Shown one piece after another: positions 1 to 7,478 of a stretch of 33,938 nt of DNA. Position numbers and translations under genes: made by a program. Each line of letters begins with the position of its first letter. The stretch's first letter is position 1. Below the pieces are notes generated by a model. That model made no database searches, was not told the origin of the DNA, and saw nothing but the letters and a program-made list of their open reading frames with translations. This stretch comes from Nitrospinota bacterium (GTDB taxonomy: Bacteria > UBA8248): positions 1-33,938 of the forward strand of contig JASLZZ010000065.1 of the NCBI GenBank assembly GCA_030754595.1, given 5' to 3'.

Positions 1-736
1 CCAACTCCAGGAGGCGCACCACGGTGCATCCCGAGAGGATATTCTCGAAACGGGGGTGTTTCAAAACCCCGTCCCGGGTGACAAAGGCCATGTTCATGTT
101 AGAGCCCTCACCGACGTTGCCCTCCCCGTCGGTGAAGACCCCGTTGTCGAGCCCTTTTTCCTTGGCTTCGAGCTGCATCAGGACATTTGGCAAATAGTTG
201 GTGCTTTTCGTGTTTGCGTAGAGCGAGGGCTTGATCGGGTAGGTCGTGGTCATCACCCGCATTCCCTCGGAGTAGTAGCGGTCGTCATAAGCGAGGCCCG
301 GAAAAATCATCACGAAGAATCCGGTTTCAGCTCCCCCCGCGGGAACAAGACCCAGGTTTCCGGTCCCCGAGGACATCCAGTAGCGGATCGATCCTTTCCG
401 TTGACCCGAGATCGCGGTGGTCTGAATGATGATATCGCGCATCTCGTCTCGGCCGCAGGGAGGGATCAGCTTCGAGGCCGCCGCCGAGCGGTGAAAACGG
501 TCTAGGTGGGCCTCGAGGTCGTAGATTTTCCCTTCCACGATCGCAGCGGTGTCGAAGATGCCGTGTCCGCGGTGAACCATATGGTCGTCGAAGGGAATCA
601 TCATCAATGCGGGGTCGGTGACGATCCCGCCGATGTGGCTGGAGTAAAACGCAGAGAACGAGACCGGCTGCTTTTCGCGCAGCCTCCGGAGGCGGGCGAT
701 AACTTCGTCTGGGCCGAGAACCTGAAGTGGCGACAT
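1..736 (-). CDS. PLP fold-type IV aminotransferase, D-amino-acid transaminase/ADC-lyase-like (3' end runs off the window)
   Basis: Not in the ORF track because it is open at the window edge. Manual translation from ATG at 736: MSPLQVLGPDEVIARLRRLREKQ...FYSSHIGGIVTDPALMMIPFDDHMVHRGHGIFDT...HLDRF...SIRYWMSSG...TKSTNYLPNVL...GEGSNMN...ILSGCT. These are class IV aminotransferase motifs. A GGAGG RBS lies upstream. Confidence 0.9.
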   Translation of the reverse strand, partial: MSPLQVLGPDEVIARLRRLREKQPVSFSAFYSSHIGGIVTDPALMMIPFDDHMVHRGHGIFDTAAIVEGKIYDLEAHLDRFHRSAAASKLIPPCGRDEMRDIIIQTTAISGQRKGSIRYWMSSGTGNLGLVPAGGAETGFFVMIFPGLAYDDRYYSEGMRVMTTTYPIKPSLYANTKSTNYLPNVLMQLEAKEKGLDNGVFTDGEGNVGEGSNMNMAFVTRDGVLKHPRFENILSGCTVVRLLEL

Positions 737-843
737 GAGGGTCAACCTCCGTAATTATTTTTTTAACTGGAGTGGACTCCTCGCATCATGCCCCGAGCCG
801 CATACCCCCGGCAAGAGAGGCGCCCCGGGGGGCGCCTAAACGG

Positions 844-1500
844 TCAAGGTTTTCTCGCCACCGCGATGGATTCCAGGTAGGCGAAGATGCTCGAAATCTG
901 GTGTCCGTTCAGCTGTGGCCAGTGGATTTTCTCCCTTTTGGCGCGTTCGAGCATCATCGGCGCGTGGCGGAGCATCCGGGTCGAAAATGCGTTTACGTTC
1001 CCGAGGCGGTTTACCGCTTCTCCGAGGTCGGGCCCATAGTGTCCGCCCCCAAAAGGCGGGCCGTGGCAGGTTCGGCAGCCGATTTCGTCGAAAAAGGATT
1101 TGCCGTGCGCCGTGTTCGCCCGGAAAACGACGCCGGCCCCCGGCCGGCGGTTCAGGGAATTGAGGTAGGTGAAAATATCCCCGATTTCCTTGCCCTTGAA
1201 GCGGGGCCATTTCAGTTTCTTCTCCTTGATGGTTTTAGACATGATGGGAACATGGTTCCACATGACGGCGGCGCCAAGGACGGGCGAGGCCCAGAGGGTG
1301 ACGCGCCCGAGGTCGGGCCCGGTCTGTGCACCTCCCTTACCCTTAACGGAGTGGCAGGTCGATCAGTCATGCATATGGAACAGTGTGTGGCCGGAGCTGA
1401 TCTTCTCGCCCAGGGGCCGGATCGGCTCATGGGAAATGGCGCTGATGGGAATAGTAAATAATAAAGCGGTAAAAAAAGAGACCGTTATTAAAAAGCGCAT
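844..1500 (-). CDS. Exported dihaem cytochrome c, 218 aa with in-frame TGA at codon 46 (U-S-T-C-H); probable selenoprotein
   Basis: RBS GGAGG, then ATG at 1500 and signal peptide MRFLITVSFFTALLFTIPISA. The frame continues HMHD-[TGA 1365-1363]-STCHSVKGKGGAQTGPDLG...MWNHVPIM...WP and has a second repeat CRTCHG...GPDLG...MLRHAPMM...WP. The TGA aligns with the first Cys of the CxxCH in the internal repeat. Confidence 0.8.
1327..1356 (-). promoter_or_regulatory. Putative bacterial SECIS hairpin downstream of the cytochrome UGA
   Basis: mRNA UGA-UCGACC-UGC CA CUCC G UUA [AGGG] UAA G GGAG GU GCA. Pairs UGC/GCA, CUCC/GGAG and UUA/UAA close a G-containing apical loop starting about 20 nt after the UGA. 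Folded by eye. Confidence 0.55.
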
Positions 1501-1552
1501 CGCCGCCTCCTAGTCGAAATGGAGAGGGACCAAGGGGAGGGTCGCTAAAATA

Positions 1553-1581
1553 AATATGGGTTATTCCGGTTGTAGCCGCAA
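1553..1581 (-). promoter_or_regulatory. Possible sigma70 promoter for the UxxCH cytochrome
   Basis: TTGCGG-17bp-CATATT on the minus strand in AT-rich intergenic DNA. Confidence 0.3.
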
Positions 1582-1625
1582 GGACGGGACTTTTCTTGGA
1601 ATTGGAGAGAATCCGGCAGCGGCGT

Positions 1626-3893
1626 CTACTCCTCCAGCGCCTCGGCCACGAGTTCGGCGATGTCGGCGGCCCGGATCGTTTTATCGGGGTCGAGTGTTTT
1701 GAGCGCGTCGTCGAACATCTGCATGCAAAACGGGCACGAAACAGCCGCAGTTTTGGCCCCGGAGGCTTTTACGTCCTCGAGTCGGATGTGGTTGATCCTT
1801 TTTTGAGGGTCGTCGTCCATCCAGGCGTATCCACCTCCCGAACCGCAGCAAAGCGCCCGGTCCCGGCTCCTTGAAAGTTCGCGGAACTCCCCCGGACCCG
1901 CAATCTGATGAAGAACTTCGCGGGGCTCGGTGGCGACGCCGTTGTGCCGGGCGAGGTAGCAGGGGTCGTGGTAGGTGATGGATTCGAGAGATCTATTGAG
2001 CTTCAGGCGGCCGCTTTTGATCAGATTGTGTATCAACTCGGAGTGATGGATGACTTCGTAGTGTCCGCCGAAGTCGGGGTACTCGTTCTTGTACGTGTTG
2101 AAGCAGTGCGGGCAGGTCGTGATAATTTTCTTGACGCCGTAGCCGTCGAGGGTCGCGATATTTTGCTTGGCGCACACCTGGAAGATGAACTCGCCGCCCG
2201 CGCGGCGGGCCGGGTCGCCCGTGCAGACTTCCTCGGGGCCAAGGATGGCGAAATCCACCTCGGCGGCATCGAGGACTTTCACCACGGCACGGCTGACCGC
2301 GATGTTGCGATCAATCATCGACCCGGTGCAGCCGACCCAAAAAAGATACTCCGCCGTCTCTCCCTTGCCGAGAACCTTCACCTCGAGGTCCTCGTACCAT
2401 TCTTCGCGGTTGTGCTGCGCGCCGGTCCAGGGATGCATCCGTTCGTCCATGTTCTTGAGGAACTGGCGCGCATCATCGCCCATTTTCGAATCCATCATCA
2501 CAAGGTAGCGCCGCATGTCCACCATCTTGGGAATATGCTCGATGAACACGGGGCACTCCCGCTGGCAGGCGCCGCAGGTCCGGCAACCCCACAACTCTTC
2601 CTCGAGAACGGCCGGCCGCAGTTCTCCGTCCGTGTCTCTGCCCTCGCCGAACAGAGGATCCGTCTCCGGCGGCGCATCTGCGCCGTCGGCGCGCGCTTTG
2701 AGGATGGCGGGCCCGTTTTCGGTCAGGTGATCTTTCAGGTTTCGGATAAGCTTGCGCGGACTCAGCGCCACCCCGCTCGCATGGGCGGGGCACACCTCCT
2801 CGCAGCGCCCGCAGTTCGTGCAGGCGTCCAGGTCGAGCAGACCCTTCCAGGAATACTGGTCTATTCTATCGGTCCCGAGCGTCTCGATGGCATCGGGGTC
2901 GGTTTCCATCGTCGCCTCGATGTCGATGAAGGAGAGTTTCCCGCTCGGCCCGAGATTACGGAAGAAAATATTCAGCAGGCCGTACCAGATATGGTTGACC
3001 TTGCCGAATCCCAGATAGCCGAGGAAGGTGAAGGCCGTCGCCGCGTGGAACCACCACTGAAAGCGGTGAAAGCTCCCGAGGTGCTCCGGGCTCCAATCCT
3101 TCATGATGAGCGCGAACGCATAGCCCACCGGCGACCACGGGGCCTGAGGAAGGTTTCTGGGGAGCTCGGTCGCGGCGATGCGGGCGCCCTCGATGACGAA
3201 CCCCTGAACGAAGACCAGGAGGAGGAGCCCCAGCGCGATCCAGTCGTCCAGAACCGTGTTGATGCGATCCGGGCGCAGGAAGGCGCGCCGCCAGATAGCC
3301 ATGCCGATTCCGACAATCGCCACCAGCCCGAAAAGATCGCTCGCGAGGGAATACCAGAGATAAACCGGCCCCTTGAGAAATTGGGTTCCAGACCATTCCT
3401 GGGCCGCGAGGAGGGAGGTGGCGATCAACTCGGCGAGAAACCCGTAAAAAATAAAAAGGTGCATTAGGCCGCCGTAGGGGTCACGCATCAGGCGGCGGTA
3501 GGTGAATACCTCGGCGAGGAGGCCTCCGGTGCGCCGGGGGATTTGATCCAGCCTGTATTCGCCCCTGCCCAGCCGCCAGAGCCTGAATCGCGACCAAATT
3601 CCGAATACCATGAAGAAGAGGGGAATAATGGCGAGGAGGTAAAGGGGAAATATATGGGTCGCGAACTCGGATTTTTCCTTCGTATGACAAACTTGGCACT
3701 GGGACGCGGGGGCGAACTTGGGCATTTTGTGCGGGTTGTGGCAGGCCGTGCACTCGAAGGTCTTCTGAGGTTTGGCCAGCAGCTCGCCTTCCCGGGGGAA
3801 TCCGGTTGCGGAAGTGGCGAAAAACGAAGCGGCGAAAACAAGGAGGAGCAATCCGCAAGCGATGTTCCATGATTTTCTCATCGTCGGAGTCAT
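1626..3893 (-). CDS. Membrane-bound Fe-S oxidoreductase (FadF/EMO/HdrDE-like: NarI-type cytochrome b domain, 2x[4Fe-4S], two CCG domains) with an N-terminal signal peptide and dihaem c module
   Basis: CTACHNPH and CQVCH follow a signal-like segment. TM helices carry His residues (GLMHLF, WWFHA, KVNH). Ferredoxin motifs CTNCGRCEEVCP and CRTCGACQRECP. CCG motifs WVGC..EEVCTG..TCPHC and YHDPC..CCGSGG..SCPFC. Start uncertain (3881, 3893 or 3953). Confidence 0.88.
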   Translation of the reverse strand: MTPTMRKSWNIACGLLLLVFAASFFATSATGFPREGELLAKPQKTFECTACHNPHKMPKFAPASQCQVCHTKEKSEFATHIFPLYLLAIIPLFFMVFGIWSRFRLWRLGRGEYRLDQIPRRTGGLLAEVFTYRRLMRDPYGGLMHLFIFYGFLAELIATSLLAAQEWSGTQFLKGPVYLWYSLASDLFGLVAIVGIGMAIWRRAFLRPDRINTVLDDWIALGLLLLVFVQGFVIEGARIAATELPRNLPQAPWSPVGYAFALIMKDWSPEHLGSFHRFQWWFHAATAFTFLGYLGFGKVNHIWYGLLNIFFRNLGPSGKLSFIDIEATMETDPDAIETLGTDRIDQYSWKGLLDLDACTNCGRCEEVCPAHASGVALSPRKLIRNLKDHLTENGPAILKARADGADAPPETDPLFGEGRDTDGELRPAVLEEELWGCRTCGACQRECPVFIEHIPKMVDMRRYLVMMDSKMGDDARQFLKNMDERMHPWTGAQHNREEWYEDLEVKVLGKGETAEYLFWVGCTGSMIDRNIAVSRAVVKVLDAAEVDFAILGPEEVCTGDPARRAGGEFIFQVCAKQNIATLDGYGVKKIITTCPHCFNTYKNEYPDFGGHYEVIHHSELIHNLIKSGRLKLNRSLESITYHDPCYLARHNGVATEPREVLHQIAGPGEFRELSRSRDRALCCGSGGGYAWMDDDPQKRINHIRLEDVKASGAKTAAVSCPFCMQMFDDALKTLDPDKTIRAADIAELVAEALEE

Positions 3894-4198
3894 TTTCTTC
3901 CGTTCGCGGATGGCGCCAAGAGACAGGGTTGTCGTTTTTCTCAACACGGGCACTCGAAAACTAACAGCTAGGCGGGCAATTTCGCAACGCCCCCCGGGAT
4001 CGGCGGGCTCTTGGGGCGGCGAAGCCTCCGGGCGGATTGGTTCCGTGGGCGCTATTGCACTGGAGGGAGTTTTCGATGACGCCGGAAATGTTCAGGGCTG
4101 CCGGAATAGTTGCTTTGCGAAGATAATTGCGCTTATTCTCTTGGAGTGAATCATCTTTGCTGCCCCGAAACGATCTGATTGGTTAAGGAATTACGCGA

Positions 4199-4666
4199 GT
4201 GTCCGCGTCCGAATTGTCATCTCCGCCGGAAGAGAATCTCAAGCGCCGTGGCGCGATGGTCGGCATGGGGATGATTGCCGCTCTGGCGGTGAGCTATGGC
4301 ACCGCCGCTATCTACGGACTCCGGTATCTTTTCGGCAGGCAAAAGGCGCCGCGGAAAATTCCGGTGCTCGTTGCGGCGTTCGCCGACGTGCCCGAGGGGG
4401 GAAGTCTCCTGAAGGAGGACCTCTCCGGCCAGAAGTTCCTCCTCGTCCGCTCGGGCGAAAGTATTCGGGCGTTTTCGACGGCATGCACACACTTGGGCTG
4501 TCAGGTTCACTGGAAACCCGGGGAGAAGACGTTTTTCTGCCCCTGCCACGACGGCGTTTTCGACGCGGACGGGAATCCCGTTTCCGGGCCGCCTCCGTCG
4601 CCGCTGGCCCAAAAGCCCGTCAAGATTCGTGGTTCCAGCATCTTTGTCTCCATGGACGAGGTTTGA
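4199..4666 (+). CDS. Rieske [2Fe-2S] subunit of a Rieske/cytochrome b complex
   Basis: Twin-arginine segment (KRRG) plus TM helix; CTHLGC and CPCHDGVF boxes; GPPPSPL. Confidence 0.93.
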   Translation: MSASELSSPPEENLKRRGAMVGMGMIAALAVSYGTAAIYGLRYLFGRQKAPRKIPVLVAAFADVPEGGSLLKEDLSGQKFLLVRSGESIRAFSTACTHLGCQVHWKPGEKTFFCPCHDGVFDADGNPVSGPPPSPLAQKPVKIRGSSIFVSMDEV

Positions 4667-4669
4667 GCC

Positions 4670-5800
4670 GTGCCGGAAAGAATCGCCAGTTGGATAAACG
4701 AGCGAATTCCCTTCGACTGGGGTCTCCTCGGGAACGCCCTCGACGAGCCCGTCCCGCGCCACATGCACAAATGGTGGTTCTGCCTGGGCGGGACGCCCCT
4801 CTATCTTTTCGGGATTCAGCTTTTGAGCGGAATCGCGCTCGCCTTCTACTATGTCCCCGACCCCGACAAGGCGTTCGAGTCGGTGCGCTACATCACCCAG
4901 GAGGCCCCCTTCGGCTGGTGGGTGCGCGGGGTGCACCGCTGGGGGGGCGAGTTGATGGTGATTTCGGTAATCCTCCACATGATCCGCGTCTTTTTCACCT
5001 GCGCCTACCGCAGGCCGCGCGAGCTCAACTGGCTCATCGGAATGGGGCTCCTCGTCACCGTCCTCACGTTCGGGTTCTCGGGCTACTCGCTCGTCTACAA
5101 CCAGCTCTCCTACTGGGCGACCGTGGTGGGCACGAACATCACCGCGGCCATACCAATCGTCGGGGAATTAGCCGCCGGTTTCCTTCGCGGCGGGCCCGTC
5201 ATCACGGCGAACACCCTGACCCGGATGTATGTTCTGCACACGGCCTTGTTGCCGGTCTGGGCTATTGCCCTGATCGCGCTTCATCTCTTTCTTATTCGCC
5301 TGCACGGCGTCAGCGAACCGGAGGAGGGCTCCGGAGAGAATTCAGGGCGCTTCTTTCCGTTCTATCCCGACCACGTTCTTACGGAGGTGGCTATCGGCGC
5401 GTTCCTGATTTTTCTCATCAGCCAATTGGCGATTATTTTTCCGGTGGGGCTCGGGGAGCCGGCCAACCCCGGCATTACGCCCGAGCACATCAAGCCCGAG
5501 TGGTATTTTTATCCGGTTTTCCGGTATCTCAAGCTGTTTTCGTTCCAGACCGGGATTATCAGTATGCTCGTCATCGTTTTGACCATGTTCGCGTGGCCGT
5601 GGATCGACGCTGCGATCGAACGGCGCCTTCCGGGCCGGGATGTGAGCGTCTTCGTCGGCATCGGAGCGGCCCTGACGATGTCGCTGCTCACTTTGGTGGA
5701 GGGACTCTCGGGGCAGGTGGCCTTTATCAGCCTCTTCGTCGGCATCGCCGTCGCCGTGGCGTTGACATTATTTATCCTGAAAGGGCTTTTGAAACATTAA
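4670..5800 (+). CDS. Cytochrome b (unsplit, b6-like) of the Rieske/cytb complex
   Basis: Four haem b His (VHRW..ILHM; VLHT..ALHL), the WWFCLGG motif, SYWATVVG and KPEWY. Confidence 0.95.
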   Translation: MPERIASWINERIPFDWGLLGNALDEPVPRHMHKWWFCLGGTPLYLFGIQLLSGIALAFYYVPDPDKAFESVRYITQEAPFGWWVRGVHRWGGELMVISVILHMIRVFFTCAYRRPRELNWLIGMGLLVTVLTFGFSGYSLVYNQLSYWATVVGTNITAAIPIVGELAAGFLRGGPVITANTLTRMYVLHTALLPVWAIALIALHLFLIRLHGVSEPEEGSGENSGRFFPFYPDHVLTEVAIGAFLIFLISQLAIIFPVGLGEPANPGITPEHIKPEWYFYPVFRYLKLFSFQTGIISMLVIVLTMFAWPWIDAAIERRLPGRDVSVFVGIGAALTMSLLTLVEGLSGQVAFISLFVGIAVAVALTLFILKGLLKH

Positions 5801-5816
5801 GCGGGGGAGAATTCGC

Positions 5817-7028
5817 GTGAATCTTCGGGTCAAGCAGCAAATCGTGATATTGATCAGCTTGTTTTTCATGGGCTCGTTGATCACGGTGGGGTATATCGAG
5901 AGCGAGCGCCTACTTCCCAAGAAAAAGGCGAAGGCGGTTGTCACCAATAAGAACCTCGGTTGCGTCAAGTGCCATTCCGAAAAATCGCCGGGAATCGTTG
6001 TCCAGTGGAAAGAAAGCCGCCACGCCGCACTCGGAGTCGGGTGCATGGACTGCCATCAGGCCAAGGAGGGCGAGCCCGACGCCTGGGACCACGAGGAATC
6101 GCTCGTCGCCATCGTGCCCACGCCCAAGGACTGCGCCCGCTGCCACGAGCAGCAGGCAAAAGAATTCACCGCGGGCGCTCACGCAGACGCAGCCAAAAAT
6201 ATCGGCCGCCTCGATCATTTCCGGGGAGCGGCCGCCGAAGGCTCGGCTCCGGCCGGCGGCGGCTGTCAGAAATGCCACGGCAGCGCCATCAAGGTCCTCA
6301 AGGGCGGCCAGCTCGATCCCGCCACATGGCCCAACACCGGCAGCGGCGCGATCAACCCCGACGGCAGCAAGGGCTCCTGCTCGGTTTGCCATTCGCGCCA
6401 CCAGTTCGCTCCCGCCCAGGCCCGCCAGTCGGATACCTGCGGAAAGTGCCACCTGGGGGCGGAGCACCCTCAGATTGAGGCTTACGGCGAGTCCAAGCAC
6501 GGCATCTTGTTCCGCTCCCGGGCAGCCGATATGAACCTCGACAGCGCCGAGTGGATAGCCGGGAAGGACTACACCGCGGCGCCGACCTGCGCGACTTGTC
6601 ATATGAGCCAGACCAAGGGTCAGCCCGTTACCCACGATGTCGGCCAGCGGATCGGTCGGGCCCTTGGACCGATTACTTCTATAAAGAGAGAAGGATGGGA
6701 GAAAAAGCGCAAGAACATGCAAAGCGTCTGCGGCGCCTGCCACGGCCCCGAGTTCGTGAAAGCCGCCTTCGTCCAATACGACGCCATCCTGGATCGCTAC
6801 AACGAAAAATTCGCCGCCCCGGCGGAGAAAATCATGGCTGCGCTGGGGAAAGGGGGGAAACTCACGAAAGCTCCCTTTGACGAGAAAATCGAATGGACCT
6901 TCTTCGAGCTTTGGCACGGGAATGGCCGGCGCCCCGAAGAGTTGGCCCGGCGCTTCGTGTCGAACTTCATCTCCGAGGCCGAGGCGCTGTCTCCGGGGAT
7001 CGCTGCGCGCTTTTTGAAGGGAAAGTAA
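5817..7028 (+). CDS. Membrane-anchored octahaem cytochrome c, hydroxylamine-oxidoreductase (HAO)-like family
   Basis: N-terminal TM helix and eight CxxCH motifs (CVKCH, CMDCH, CARCH, CQKCH, CSVCH, CGKCH, CATCH, CGACH). HAO-family segments CHSRHQF, HPQIEAYGESKHG, APTCATCHM and THDVG. Confidence 0.88.
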   Translation: MNLRVKQQIVILISLFFMGSLITVGYIESERLLPKKKAKAVVTNKNLGCVKCHSEKSPGIVVQWKESRHAALGVGCMDCHQAKEGEPDAWDHEESLVAIVPTPKDCARCHEQQAKEFTAGAHADAAKNIGRLDHFRGAAAEGSAPAGGGCQKCHGSAIKVLKGGQLDPATWPNTGSGAINPDGSKGSCSVCHSRHQFAPAQARQSDTCGKCHLGAEHPQIEAYGESKHGILFRSRAADMNLDSAEWIAGKDYTAAPTCATCHMSQTKGQPVTHDVGQRIGRALGPITSIKREGWEKKRKNMQSVCGACHGPEFVKAAFVQYDAILDRYNEKFAAPAEKIMAALGKGGKLTKAPFDEKIEWTFFELWHGNGRRPEELARRFVSNFISEAEALSPGIAARFLKGK

Positions 7029-7060
7029 ACGCGGCCTGATGCCGGGGAGGAATGCACGCG

Positions 7061-7477
7061 ATGGCGAAGAAAGCGCGGATTTTAGTGGCCAAACCCGGTC
7101 TCGACGGGCACGACCGGGGGGCCAAGGTTGTCGCCCGCGCCCTCCGGGACGCCGGCATGGAAGTCATCTACACCGGGATTCGCCAGACCCCCGAACAGAT
7201 TGCCGCCACCGTTTTACAAGAGGACGTGGACGGCGTCGGCCTCTCCATCCTGTCGGGGGCGCACAATTTTCTTTTTCCGAAAATCCGGGAGCTTCTCGAC
7301 GCCCAGGGAATGTCGGACGTGGTTCTGTTCGGGGGCGGGATCATTCCCGGCGGGGATATCGCCGCCCTCAAGGAAAGCGGTGTCTCCGAGATTTTCACCC
7401 CCGGCACTCCACTGGACGATATCGTCGCCTATGTTCTCAAAACCGTCGAAGAAAAATGGGCTCGCGAGAAGGCCTGA
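7061..7477 (+). CDS. Cobalamin-binding domain protein (methylmalonyl-CoA/acyl-CoA mutase small subunit)
   Basis: [29 protein letters not shown] (DxHxxG), GLSILSGAH and GGGIIP. The RBS spacing favours ATG 7061. Confidence 0.93.
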   Translation: MAKKARILVAKPGLDGHDRGAKVVARALRDAGMEVIYTGIRQTPEQIAATVLQEDVDGVGLSILSGAHNFLFPKIRELLDAQGMSDVVLFGGGIIPGGDIAALKESGVSEIFTPGTPLDDIVAYVLKTVEEKWAREKA

Positions 7478-7478
7478 G

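Noticed and set aside
56..1461. Plus-strand ORFs 56-505, 506-754 and 772-1461
   Set aside because: Antisense shadows of the aminotransferase and cytochrome c genes, with no recognisable motifs.
1908..3467. Long antisense ORFs (this 519-aa ORF, also 10713-12263, 26307-27980 and 31377-32654)
   Set aside because: Expected in high-GC DNA opposite real genes; no motifs.
5817..7028. Calling the octahaem protein a nitrifier HAO or anammox hydrazine dehydrogenase
   Set aside because: Too short, no evident cross-link Tyr region, and no cycAB/amo/hzs context.
7128..7478. N-terminal extension of the TPR ORF in the track
   Set aside because: Overlaps the B12-binding gene in another frame; the lipoprotein signal begins at TTG 7479.
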